Shown here one piece after another: positions 1 to 11,900 of a stretch of 64,000 nt of DNA. Where the stretch lies: NCBI RefSeq assembly GCF_006345805.1, contig NC_043004.1, forward strand, positions 63,798,001 through 63,862,000. The letters run 5' to 3'. The notes beneath the pieces were generated by a model. It saw only the letters and a program-made list of their open reading frames with translations. It was not told where the DNA came from and searched no databases. The translations under genes and the position numbers were made by a program. This stretch comes from Octopus sinensis. Lineage: Eukaryota. How positions within the stretch are numbered: the stretch's first letter is position 1; the number at the start of each line of letters is the position of its first letter.

Positions 1-135
1 ACTTTGAATGTTTCTATCATTTTTCTATCACTTTGGATGTTTCTATCATATCTTCATCGATCACTAGATGACAATGGCACCCTTACTTTAATTTTGACTC
101 TATATCTCCTGGAGGAGTTGCCTCAATCCTTTATA

Positions 136-1950
136 TATTATTATTATTATTATTAATATTATTATTATTACTATTTTTTATTCTTCTTTCAAATTTGCTT
201 CCATTTCTTGCCGAGTGTCTTCCCGACTCCTAGGGCAAAGAAACTCATAGTATACATTGGTAGGCCATTAAACCAAACTCAATAGTTCGTTCATTTTTTT
301 TTTTTTTAAATTAAATTAAAATACATGAGCAGCAACAGTTCTCACATCGACAATGCTCTTCTCAATACGTGTGATGTACCAGTTAAGACAATCTTTTGCA
401 CTTCTTGCAGGGATGGTAAGCCAGGGATCATTCTCATATAATTTTCGGTTCCCTTCTTGATCATTCCTAGTGCTCCTACGATCACTAGTATTGTAACCGC
501 CTTGAGATGCCACATTTTCTCAATTTCAATGAGTAGGTCTTTATATTTTCTGAGCTTGTCAAACTCTTTCGCCGAGATATTATGATCACAGGGGATGCTC
601 CTGTCGATCAATAAGCAAACTTTATTGTTTCGGTCTTTCACAACAATATCTGGTTTATTGGCCTTGATGGTTCAGTCTGTATGTACTGGAAAGTCCCACA
701 GAATGGTTACATTTTCTCCTTCAGTTACAGCCTCAGGGTGGTGATTATACCACTTGTCGGCAGTTTTGATATTGTAATGCCGACTTATTAGCCAGTGTAG
801 ATATTGGCCAACTCTGTCATGTCTTAATTTATACTCCACTGGTGCTAAGACTTTACATCCAGAGATTAGGTGGTCCACTGTTTCAATCATGTCGTTGCAG
901 AATTGGCATTTTGGGTCTGCTCCATTTTTCATCACATTGGCCTGGTAGTTCCGGGTTAATAGGCTTTGATCTTGAGTAGCCAGGATGAAACCTTCGCTCT
1001 CTGCTTTTAGCCCTGAGCTACGTAGCCACTGATGGGTTTGCTTCTGGTCAACATCACCTTGTTTGCTGCGGGTCACATATTTGCCGTCCAGAGGTTTCTC
1101 CTCCCACCTATCAGCCAATTGCTCGTGCGCTTTCTTCATTGCCATCATTTTCACCTTCTTTGCCGTACTTCCCTCGGGTTGTTCAGTTTGGATATCCTGC
1201 ACGAGATCAATAGCAAATTTTTTGCTTTCCTTTATGATAGAATGAAGCTTCTTTCGTCTCTCGTGATTTTCCACGAGCTTTAGCATCCAGTCATTCGATA
1301 TTTCGAGATATTTGGCCAGTCCAATTTTGGTTGTTTTGTAAGCTAGTTCAAATTGGATCAGGCCTCGACCTCCTTGGGCTCTGGGAAGGTAAAGGCGATC
1401 TACGTCTGCCTTTGGGTGGTGCATCCTATTACAACTCAGCAGCTTGCGTATTTTTCTATCTATATTCTTTACTTCACTCATATTCCAGTTCAACACATTG
1501 TAGCTATAAGTAACAACTGGAACTGCTAAGGAATTTATAGCTAACACCTTGTTACGTGCATTTAGTTCAGATTTCAGGACTGCACGAACTCTCCTATAAC
1601 ATTCCTTCCTGATATTCTCTTTCATGCTTGCATGCTGAATACCAGAGCCTTCATTTATCCCTAAATATTTGTATGTTTGTTCTTGCTCAAGCTCTCTTAT
1701 GACTGTGTCAACATCTAACACGACTGAATATGTGGTCTTCACTTTCCCTTTCTGGAAAGTGGCCTTGGCACACTTCTCAAGTCCAAACTCCATCCCGATG
1801 TCATCGCTGAATGCTTTCACGGTGCGCAATAGGCCTTCAAGTTCATTATTGTCTTTACCATAAAGTTTTAAGTCATCCATATAAAATAGATGGCTTATTT
1901 TTTTATTGGCAATTTTATACCCATACCCTGTTCTGTTTAAGAGCGCCAGC
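136..1950 (-). mobile_element. 5'-truncated R4/Dong-clade non-LTR retrotransposon (RT C-terminal half, CCHC knuckle, restriction-like endonuclease, (TAA)n tail); inactivated
   Basis: Minus strand reads SHLFYMDDLKLY (RT), KYLG, CQFCNDMIETVDHLISGC (zinc knuckle), RHDRV, then KPDIVV...LID.SIP...K..KY (PD-(D/E)xK endonuclease). ORFs 672-1880 and 342-641 are in the same frame, separated by one TGA at 672-674 (HTD*TIKANKPD, likely CGA>TGA). A (TAA)n-like tail lies at ~136-172. Clade call is from domain order. Confidence 0.85.
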
Positions 1951-2029
1951 CTTGACAGCGGCTGGACGTGTTCCTCACTGCTCTGACAGTTCGGTGGCCG
2001 AAAGCCATAGAAACACTAATATGGGCCAG

Positions 2030-2030
<1 letters not shown>

Positions 2031-2121
<91 letters not shown>

Positions 2122-2146
2122 TATATTTATTATTATTATCATTATA

Positions 2147-2203
<57 letters not shown>
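2031..2203. repeat. (ATT)n microsatellite
   Basis: Directly visible, with a few interruptions. Confidence 0.97.
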
Positions 2204-2205
<2 letters not shown>

Positions 2206-2602
2206 GGCGGCGAGCTAGAAGAAACGTTAGCACTTCGTGTGAAATGCTTAGCGGTATTTGGTCTGCCGCTACGTTCTGAGTTCAAATTCCACCGAGGTCG
2301 ACTTTGCCTTTCATCCTTTCGGGGTCGATTAAATAAGCACCAGTTACGCAGTGCGGTCGATATAATCGACTTAATACGTTTGTCTGTCCTTGTTTGTCCT
2401 CTCTGTGTTTAGCCCCTTGTGGGTAGTAAAGAAATAGGTATTTCGTGTGCCGCTACGTTCTGAGTTCAAATTCCGCCGAAACCGACTTTGCGTTTCTTCC
2501 TTTGCGGGTCTATGAAATAAGTACTAGTGGTGCACTGGGGTCGATGAAATCGACTTATCTCTTCCCTCCTAAAAATGGCTGCCCTGTGGCAAAATTTGAA
2601 AC

Positions 2603-2603
<1 letters not shown>
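2204..2603 (+). mobile_element. tRNA-derived SINE, head-to-tail dimer (full copy plus head-truncated copy)
   Basis: Head GGCGGCGAGCT..GTTAGCA (A-box-like) and GAGTTCAAATTCC (B-box). Core GCCTTTCATCCTTTCGGGGTCGAT resembles the MetaSINE/Sauria-type central domain (recalled, not verified). The same family recurs many times in the window. Confidence 0.85.
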
Positions 2604-2684
<81 letters not shown>

Positions 2685-2748
2685 GTTATTATTATTATTA
2701 TTACTATTATTATTATTATTATTATAATTATTATTATTATTATAGTTA

Positions 2749-2807
<59 letters not shown>
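2604..2807. repeat. (ATT)n microsatellite ending 10 nt before a splice acceptor
   Basis: Directly visible. Confidence 0.97.
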
Positions 2808-2819
2808 GAACAATTTCAG

Positions 2820-2885
2820 GTTAATGGAGAGAGAACAGCTGAAGAAAATATTGCTGACTTGGGTGGCTTAAACATAGCTTATAAG
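2820..2885 (+). CDS. M13 family (neprilysin/ECE-like) metallopeptidase, internal exon: VNGERTAEENIADLGGLNIAYK
   Basis: Preceded by tttcAG and followed by GTatgc; 66 nt, phase 0/0. Matches the M13 motif NGxxTxxENIADxGG containing the third zinc-ligand Glu. Confidence 0.93.
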
Positions 2886-4131
2886 GTATGCAGTGTTGAT
2901 GTTTCTAAATATGCCGTTGTGTTTCATTTATATGTACAATTTAGTCTGTGCTGCAAAAATTAGCATTATCAATGCGGTTACGCTTTTAATAATAATTTTA
3001 GTGAATCAAGTATATCCCTGAGTTGGTGACAAAAGCAACTCATCTGAATTGTTAATTCGTGGTTGAAGCAAATGAACAGGAAATAGCATAATGTATTTAT
3101 ATTGGATAAGACATAAAGGCGTAAAGTCGTATTTGTAAAATTTTGAAACAACGAGTATTTGAACATACCACTTCATTCCCATTTGAATAACAATCTTTAA
3201 AATCTTTGAGATATCAGCAAAAAGCAAGGTGAGAGGTCCTATCAAGATACCAAGACAAAGAAAGACTGTAATTATGGCAGACTGGAATTTGTCAATAAAG
3301 TGAAACTCAATAAGAAACGTAAAGAAAATCAAAACAACCTTTTGCCCAAATGATTATAAAATGATTTTACTGAGTAGATCATTTATTAATATCGAATGTT
3401 ATTTTTGTTCTTGTTTATTATTTATCATTTAATAAAGAGTTTATTTCAAATTCTATTAATAAGATTTTAAATTATCATTTTGCTAAATCTGAATCGCTAC
3501 CTTTTTTTTTCATTCTTAATTCAGCATGATCAAGTTTACTATAATCAATACTTTTATACTTAAACATCATTTGAAGCCCCTTTTTTTTCAAGTGTGATAT
3601 CAGCTAGGCTATCAACATTATGAAATCAGTGTATAGTATAACATTGAATTAATCAATTGTTTGCCACTTGCTTATGATAACGTTTTATTCGTAATTAATA
3701 ACATGAACTAAAATGCAAAGATTTGTATGCCATATTGTATGAACATATTAAAACTGGGATATGTCAATATTTTCAAGCGACAACAATATTGTAGATAATG
3801 AGTGCTAAAGAACAGTAACGGTTTTTAGTATTAAACAATTAAATACCCCAAAGAACGACCTTCGTCCAAAGTATTAACTTGTATGAGGAATTTTGACCAT
3901 TGTAATTTCAATTGTTAATTAACTTAGATAAGTATTAGCTTTGGTACGTTTATTAATTTTTGGCTTCTTTTTCGAAATTTAATAATTTAATTATCCTTAA
4001 TAGTATCTATGAATTTAAAATATCTGATGACCTTACTCTCAGGTCAATTATTGTCATTATTTCATTGAGCCCCAGGCTCTTATTTAATTATCACAACGTT
4101 GAACAAACTTTTCGCTTCCTATTTTCATCAG

Positions 4132-4230
4132 GCTTACTTGTTGTGGAAGTCAGATTACCCTCATATCAAATTCCACCTACCAGGTGTTAATCAAACTGAC
4201 ACACAAATGTTTTTCACAGCATATTCTCAG
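4132..4230 (+). CDS. M13 peptidase exon: AYLLWKSDYPHIKFHLPGVNQTDTQMFFTAYSQ
   Basis: ttttcatcAG acceptor and GTaaga donor; 99 nt, phase 0/0. Matches M13 AY..W...LPG.....QxFF..xxQ. Confidence 0.92.
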
Positions 4231-5242
4231 GTAAGAGAAATTATTTAATGCCATCAAATTCACTGAAATTTTATAACTGATCTCAAACCTTAGTGGTAAT
4301 TATTTTTCAGTGTGATCCTACACAAACATGTCAGGATTCATTTAGCTAGTTGATACTCTTCAGTCGGGATTTAGAATAAATACTACTTTTAAGAAGTAGC
4401 TCTACAAAGTTCTATATAAAAGTACGATGCATCTACTGTTCTTGCCTTGTCGTTTCTGGGTTTTTTATAATGTCAACACTTTATGATTTTCGCTGTTAAG
4501 AACAGAACTGCTAAATTGAATGTAGAAAATTCGACGAATTAATTTTGTATAACAAATAGCTTATCTGTCATTTTTACAGATGTGGGTTCGATTCACACTC
4601 ACATTCGTCCATCCAAGATGGTTTTAACCCACTATTCTACACGCTGTTATTTGTAACTTTATCTACTTCAAGTCCAACACTAAGAATAATCTACTTCATA
4701 TCTCGCGAAGTTTGATGGCATAGATAGAATTTGGTATTGTTTTTAAACGGCACGACACGATTTTCTGTTCTAATGATTTAATATGGTAATTGTACTTAAA
4801 CGAGTTATAAACTCCTAAGCATCATCATTGTAAATAAGTAAACGTAAGTTTGTATGTTTGTATAATATAAAATTAGAGTTACATTAATATATTTGTAATG
4901 TTTCACATACCACAAATAACTGTGAATGTTAAATAAACAGGCTTTTCAACAAAATATTTAGGTGTACCTCATCTTTTGGATGGTAATGTATATATTATTC
5001 ATTGGTCCTTACCAACGTTTTGTTCTTTAGGCTTTAACCCATCTGGTATATTCAGACAGATTCGAAGAACTACTTCCACCTGAAACGTATAACAATATTA
5101 TTAAACCCCTACTTTGTCAGTGTTCAGCAAAATGAATAATTGATATTGCAACAGTAAATAACAGTAAACAATTTTCCTGTTTGTAACCTACGAAAATATT
5201 TTCTTTTATTTTATTACAAAAATTAAACTTTATTTTTCCTAG

Positions 5243-5319
5243 GCTTCATGCTCAAGCGAAAAACCCGAAACAGTAACGTATTCGTTGTTAACTGATAAAC
5301 ATGCACCTGTGGAAGCACG
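5243..5319 (+). CDS. M13 peptidase exon: ASCSSEKPETVTYSLLTDKHAPVEAR
   Basis: tatttttcctAG acceptor and GTaaat donor; 77 nt ending mid-codon (cg|t = Arg). Matches M13 xxC...TDxH(S/A)PxxxR. Confidence 0.92.
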
Positions 5320-5454
5320 GTAAATGAAAACATTTATGATTTTAAAGTTTATAAAAATTAAGCTCATTCAGGCTTGATTACTTTTTTATGGGAAGTGGTG
5401 ATATATCATATAAGTTGATATTAATCCTTTTGTGAAAGCTATGCACACACACAC

Positions 5455-5555
5455 GCACATATACACATATATACATACTTATGTATATTATATATATGTA
5501 TATATTTATATATATATATATATATATTTATACATATATATACATATATATACAC

Positions 5556-5610
<55 letters not shown>

Positions 5611-5615
5611 CATAC
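5455..5615. repeat. (TA)n/(TACA)n compound microsatellite
   Basis: Directly visible. Confidence 0.93.
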
Positions 5616-5750
5616 ATAGTAGAAATATGTTACGAAAAGAAAATATTAAATACACGTGGAAATGTAGGGTAGAATATGAAAAATCAACGAAAATGCATAT
5701 TGCAGATAGAAAAAGGCTATTTATGACAGGTAACGACAAATATATACATT

Positions 5751-5883
5751 TAGATTGACTGAGGTAGTAATACGAGTCATAAAGGTCATTATTATGAGAT
5801 GATTATAAGATGATAATAATAATAAAGTAAGAGAATAAAACGAACCAATTGGTTTAAGCGTAGGCTATTCATCGTTTGAACAA
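5751..5883. repeat. Left copy of 133-bp inverted repeat bounding the Penelope-like element
   Basis: Reverse complement of 8828-8960, with about 11 mismatches and no net indel by hand alignment. Confidence 0.9.
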
Positions 5884-8827
5884 CACCGGTTAATATACGG
5901 TGTCAGGTCTAATATTTCCTGAGAAAAAAGATTATTTGTAAGGGAGGTAAGTAGTTCTGGAATTAGAGATGTGGGTGATGTGGGAAGTGTATAGGGTTTA
6001 GTGGTTTAAATTGAAGAGTTAGTGGTGTTCTGTATTGAGTTGTGTGTTCATATTTAGTTGGGGGAGAAATTTGTTGATGAAAAATGCCTCTTTATTCAAC
6101 CTTTGTTGCATTGCGGTGTTCTGTGAGCATTGATAAAAGGGAAATATTTGGAAATTGGGATTAAGATTCCTGGCACATCTTTCTATGTGTTCACTCACCT
6201 TTAAGTGTCTGTATTGTGGGTGACGGATTTGCTCTTTGTGAATGGTGATTCTTTGACGGAGCGAAATTCCTGTTTGTCCAATATAGAGTTTATCACATCC
6301 TATGCATATCATGACATAGATTACATTTGCTGAGGCGCAGGTGAAATTTGATTTGATCTTAAATATTTCTCCTTGTTTGAATTGGAATTCTGAATCCTCC
6401 AGAAGATGGGGGCATGTTCCACAGTTGGAACGTCCACATTTTGTCACTTTTGGCTCAGTAGTTAGTGGGTAAAGTCTAGCGCTGGTTAGTATTCTTTTCA
6501 GTGACTTCGGTTGCTTTTTGCTTTTTATAATTTTATATGAGCTTAAAATTTCGTTCATTGTTTTGTCTGCTGTGAGGATGGGGAGGTTTTGGGTGATGAT
6601 GTTGAAGGCTTCGTTGTTTCTGGGGTTATGTGTGGAGGTGTACGGGAGTATTTTTAAGTCTTGTTTAGTATTTCGGCTAGTTTTCCTTAATCTTTGTATA
6701 TCTATTCCCTTAGCTCTTTGATGCCTTCATTTACTAATGAGATTGGGTAGTGTCTTTTAGTTAGCGTAGATCTAAGTTCAAGGAGTCTATGTTCACGAGT
6801 GTATGTATCGGAAACTATGGTGCAGATTCTTTTTGCTAGGTTAAAAGGTATGTTGATTTTTATGCGTTTGGGGTGGCAGGAGTTAAATAATAGGTATTGT
6901 TTAGAGTCTGTGGGTTTATAAAAGATATCTGTTTCTATGTGGTTGTTAACTATTCTAATTAAGATGTCTAGAAAAGGTAGTTGCTTACTGTTGTGTTCCA
7001 TAGTGAATTGTATATTGCTGTGTATGTTGTTGAGCATTCTTTTGAAATCAAGGAGTTGATCCATGCTATCTTGCCAAAGTATGAAGCAATCATCTAAATA
7101 TCTCTTCCAGTTCTCCTTTAAGTAGTAATTGAAAGAAGCGCCATATTTTTCTAGTGAGGGTTGGTATAACTTAAGTTCGTGGTAACCCATTACGAGGTTT
7201 GCAATCACTGTAGCAGCTCTGGTCCCCATTGCAATTCCGCATTTCTGTCAATAGTAAGTAGTATCGAACAAGAAATGATTGTTCAACAGGACGAATTCCA
7301 GTGCTTCAATTATAAAATTGTGGTTAATTCGTCCTGGGATCTCTTCTGGGTGTTTTTGTAGCCAAAATGTGATTGCTTCTATACCATAGTCGTGTGGGAT
7401 ATTAGTGTATAGATTCACCACATCGAAAGACACCAGTAGAGTTCCGTCCTTTACTGTCTTCTGGAGGTGGTTCAAACATGTCTAGGTCATCCTTGATATA
7501 GCTTTTGACATATTTTAAAAGAGGTTTGAGTAATATGTCAAGGAAGTTACTCAAACAGTGGGTTTCGCAAGAAGGGCCAGCTATGATGGGTCTGGGTTTG
7601 AGGTCAGTAGGGGGAGGGACATTAATGCATAGGCTTGTAGAGACTTTGCAGGCTTCACAAATGAGTGGATTTTTATGTATCTTGGGTAATCCGTAGAATA
7701 GACTAGGACTGTATTTGAAATTGGATAGATAGTCAATTTCATGTGTTGTAAGACCCTTTCCATGAGTTTGGAGTAAGGAGGATAAGTTTTTCAGTGTTTT
7801 CTGTGGGTTATAATATGTCAGTTTCTCATAGTAAGTATTATTTTCCAACATGGAATGTATTAAATTTTTTTGTAGTACTCTGTATCCATCAAAACTACCA
7901 CACTTTCTTTGTCGGCTTCTTTAATGGTGAGGTTTATGTAATTTTGTAGCTCGACAAGGTCTTTCCATAGGTTTAAGTTAAGGTTGGATTTAATATGTTG
8001 TTTTGGAATAGTACTGTAAGGAAAACAAGTGAAGTGATCACAGAAAACATCAAGTGCCTTATGTCTAGCTTTTGTAGGATGGTACTCACTTTTGTTTTTC
8101 ACTATTGAGTCATCTTCACTGGTATAGTTGTAAAGAGCTTCTGTGAGACGTAATTTACGGCAGAAGTCCAAAGTATTGTCCTTAATTTCATTTGGATTCG
8201 ATCTGCGGCGGGTAGGGGTAAATTTTAGACCTCTTGCTAGGATTTTGATTTGTATAGAACTCTTTGACAGGTTGATTATTTTCGGTTGGACTTGTTTATT
8301 CGTTTCCATTTCACATCTCTGTTTCTCTGGTTTGCGTCTAAAATATGGTTGTAGTACATGGATTGTAGTGGATTGTTTGGTTTGCTGAGGGAAAGGTGGG
8401 TGTAAATTGTGTCTATGGTAGTATGTTTGTGGTGGAGTGGTTGCGTAGTGTACTGGATTATGGTTGTACTGAGGATTGTTATATCGTCTGTGGCTAATGT
8501 AGTTTGGGTTTAATTGATTTTTAATATTGTGATATGGTTGGAGGGAGAGGTTATGTTGTCTAGTCATGTCCCGTCTTCCCGACCGCCTGAAGTGGCTATG
8601 CTGGGGACAAAGTCTCGGAGGCAAGTTATTTCTGGTAAGAAGTGGTTCACCAAAACTTCGGTCAGTTTGAGGGGTTCGATGAAACCTTTGGTTTGCATGT
8701 GGGATAACCCGAAGATCAAATCTAGATTTACCCTCGTGGGTTGAATTATTGATAGCCGTTCGATAGCCATTTGGGGGAGCAAGTGAGCCAGAGAAGGACG
8801 GGTTGCGTCCCCTAGACCGTCTGTGGT

Positions 8828-8960
8828 TTGTTCAAACGATGAATAATCAACGCGTAAACCAATTGGTTCGTTTTATTCTCTTACTTCATTATTATTATCA
8901 TCTTATAATCATCTCAAAATAATAAACGTTATGACTCGTATTACTACTTCAGTCAACCTA
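8828..8960. repeat. Right copy of 133-bp inverted repeat bounding the Penelope-like element
   Basis: ttgttcaaacgatgaata...cagtcaaccta is the reverse complement of 5751-5883. Confidence 0.9.
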
Positions 8961-8983
8961 CTACTTTAAGAAAAGTCTCCAAG

Positions 8984-11900
8984 AAAGTGTTTACTCAAAA
9001 ATAATTCACGAAGATATGGAGGGAAAAACAGCAAAATATCACAATTACAAAGAGTGTTTACTCAAAAATAATTCACGGAGATATGGAGGGAAAACAGCAA
9101 AATATCACATGTACAAAGTGTGTTTACTCAAAAATAATTCACGTTGATATGGAGGGAAAACAGCAAAATATCACTGTACAAAGAGTGTTTACTCAAAAAT
9201 AATTCACGTTGATATGGAGGGAAAACAGCAAAATATCACATGTACCAAAGATGTTTTACTCAAAAATAATATTCACGTTGATATGGAGGGAAAACAGCAA
9301 AATATCACATGTACAAAGAGTGTTTACTCAAAAATATTCACGGGCGATAAGGGGGAAAACAGCAATATCACATGTACAAAGTGTGTTTACTCAAAATAAT
9401 TCACCACGTTGATATGGAGGGAACCAGCAAAATATCACATGTACAAAGTGTGTTTACTCAAAATAATTCACGGCGATATGGAGGGAAAAAGCAAAATATC
9501 ACATGTAAAAGTGTGTTTACTCAAAAATAATTCACGTTGATATGGAGGGAAACAGCAAAATATCACATGTACAAAGAGTGTTTACTCAAAAATAATTCAC
9601 GTTTATATGGAGGGAAAACAGCAAAATATCACATGTACAAATGTGTTTACTCAAAAATAATTCACGGCGATATGAGGGAAAACAGCAAATATCACATGTA
9701 CAAGTGTGTTTACTCAAAAATAATTCACGGCGATATGGAGGGAAAACAGCAAAATATCACATGTACAAGTGTGTTTACTCAAAAATAATTCATGTTGATA
9801 TGGAGGGAAAACAGCAAAATATCACCATGTACAAAGTGTGTTTACTCAAAAATAATTCACGTTGATATGGAGGGAAAAACAGCAAATATCACATGTACAA
9901 AGTGTGTTTACTCAAAAATAATTCACGGCGATATGGAGGGAAAACAGCAAAATATCACATGTACAAAGTGTGTTTTTACTCAAAAATAATTCACGGTGAT
10001 ATGGAGGGAAAACAGCAGAATATCACATGTTACAAAGTGTGTTTACTCAAAAATAATTCAACGGCGATATGGAGGGAAACAGCAAAATATCACATGTACA
10101 AAGAGTGTTTACTCAAAATAATTCACGTTGATATGGAGGGAAAACAGCAAATATCACATGTACAAAGAGTGTTTACTCAAAAATATTCACGTTGATATGG
10201 AGGGAAAACAGCAAATATCACATGTACAAAAGTGTTTTTACTCAAAAAATAATTCACGGCGATATGGAGGGAAACAGCAAAATATCACATGTACAAAGAG
10301 TGTTTACTCAAAAATAATTCACGTTGATATGGGAAGGAAAACAGCAAAATATATCACATGTACAAAGTGTGTTTACTCAAAAAATAATTCACGGCGATAT
10401 GGAAGGAAACCAGCAAAATATCACAGGTACAAAGTGTGTTTACTCAAAAGTAAGTCACGTTGATATGGAGGGAAAACAGCAAAATATCACATGTACAAGT
10501 GTGTTTACTTAACTAATTCACGGCGATATGGAGGGAAAACAGCAAATATCACATGTACAAAGTGTGTTTACACAAAATAATTCACGTTGATATGGAGGGA
10601 AAACAGCAAAATATCACATGTACAAAGTGTGTTTACTCAGAATAATTCACGGCGCGATATGGAGGAAAACAGCAAAAATATCACATGTACAAAGAGTGTT
10701 TACTCAAAAATAATTCACGGGGCGATGGAGGGAAACAGCAAAATATCACATGTACAAAGAGTGTTTACACAAAAATAATTCACCGGCGATATGAGGGAAA
10801 ACAGCAAAATATCACATGCACAAAGAGTGTTTACTCAAAAATAATTTCACGTTGATATGGAGGGAAAGCAGCAAAATATCACATGTAAAGTGTGTTTTAC
10901 TCAAAAACAATTCACGGCGATATGGAGGGAAACAGCAAAATATCATATGTACAAAGAGTGTTTACTCAAAAATAATTCACGTTGATATGGAGGGAAAACA
11001 GCAAAATATCACATGTACAAAGTGGTGTTTAACTCAAAAATAATTCACTTTGATATGGAGGGAAACAGCAAAATATCACATGTACAAAGTGTGTTTGCTC
11101 AAAAATAATTCACGTTGATATGGAGGGAAAACAGCAATATCACATGTACAAATGTGTTTACTCAAAAATAATTCACGTTGATATGGAGGGAAAACAGCAA
11201 AATATCACATTGTACAAAGTGTGTTTACTCAAAAATAATTCACGGCGATATGGAGGGAAAAGAGCAAATATCACATGTACAAGTGTGTTTACTCAAAATA
11301 ATTCACGGCGATATGAGAGGAAAAACAGCAAAATATCACATGTACAAAGTGTGTTTACTCAAAATAATTCACGGCGATATGGAGGGAAAAGCAAATATCA
11401 CATGTACGGAAGGAGTTTTACTCAAACATAATTCACGTTGATATGGAGCGAAAACAGCAAAATATCACATGTACAAAGATTGTTTACTCAAATAATTCAC
11501 GTTGATATGGAGGAAAACAGCAAATATCACATGTACAAAGTGTGTTTACTCAAAATAATTCAAATAATTCACGGCGATATGGAGGAAAACAGCAAAATAT
11601 CACATGTAACAAAGAGTGTTTACTCAAAATATAATTCACGTTGATATGGAGGGAAAACAGCAAAATATCACATGTACAAAGTGTGTTTACTCAAAATAAT
11701 TCACGGCGATATGGAGGGAAAACAGCAAAATATCACATGTACAAAGTGTGTTTACTCAAAAATAATTCACGTTGATATGGAGGGAAAACAGCAAAATATC
11801 ACATGTACAAAGTGTGTTTACTCAAAAATGATTCCCGTTGATATGGAGGGAAAACAGCAAATATCACATGTACAAGTGTGTTTGCTCAAAAATAATTCAC

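Larger units (their letters stand above)
5751..8960 (-). mobile_element. Penelope-like retroelement (N-terminal domain, RT, Cys-rich linker, GIY-YIG endonuclease), frameshifted; probably Neptune-type
   Basis: Minus-strand ORF pieces: LARGLKFTPT (7860-8624); FYGLPKIHK...RPIIAG (7402-7851); LVSFDVVNLYTNIPH (7248-7475); MGT...RYLDDCF...LPFLD...YKPTD (6702-7229); CGRSNCGTC linker and NVIY...LYIGQT (6019-6558). The Cys linker between RT and endonuclease is the basis for the Neptune-type inference. Confidence 0.92.

Noticed and set aside
1951-2030. Possible hammerhead ribozyme (CTGACAG...GGCCGAAAGCC...GAAAC)
   Set aside because: The core reads CTGACAG rather than CTGANGA, and stems I and III could not be formed; only a 4-5 bp hairpin is supported.
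4580-4625. Alternative exon starting MWVRF after tttttacAG
   Set aside because: Lacks the conserved Cys and HxP motif and hits a stop; 5243-5319 fits far better.
5041-5140. Exon-like stretch after ttctttAG (ALTHLVYSDRFEELLPPET..)
   Set aside because: No M13 similarity, no strong donor, and the exon at 5243 already supplies the expected sequence in phase.
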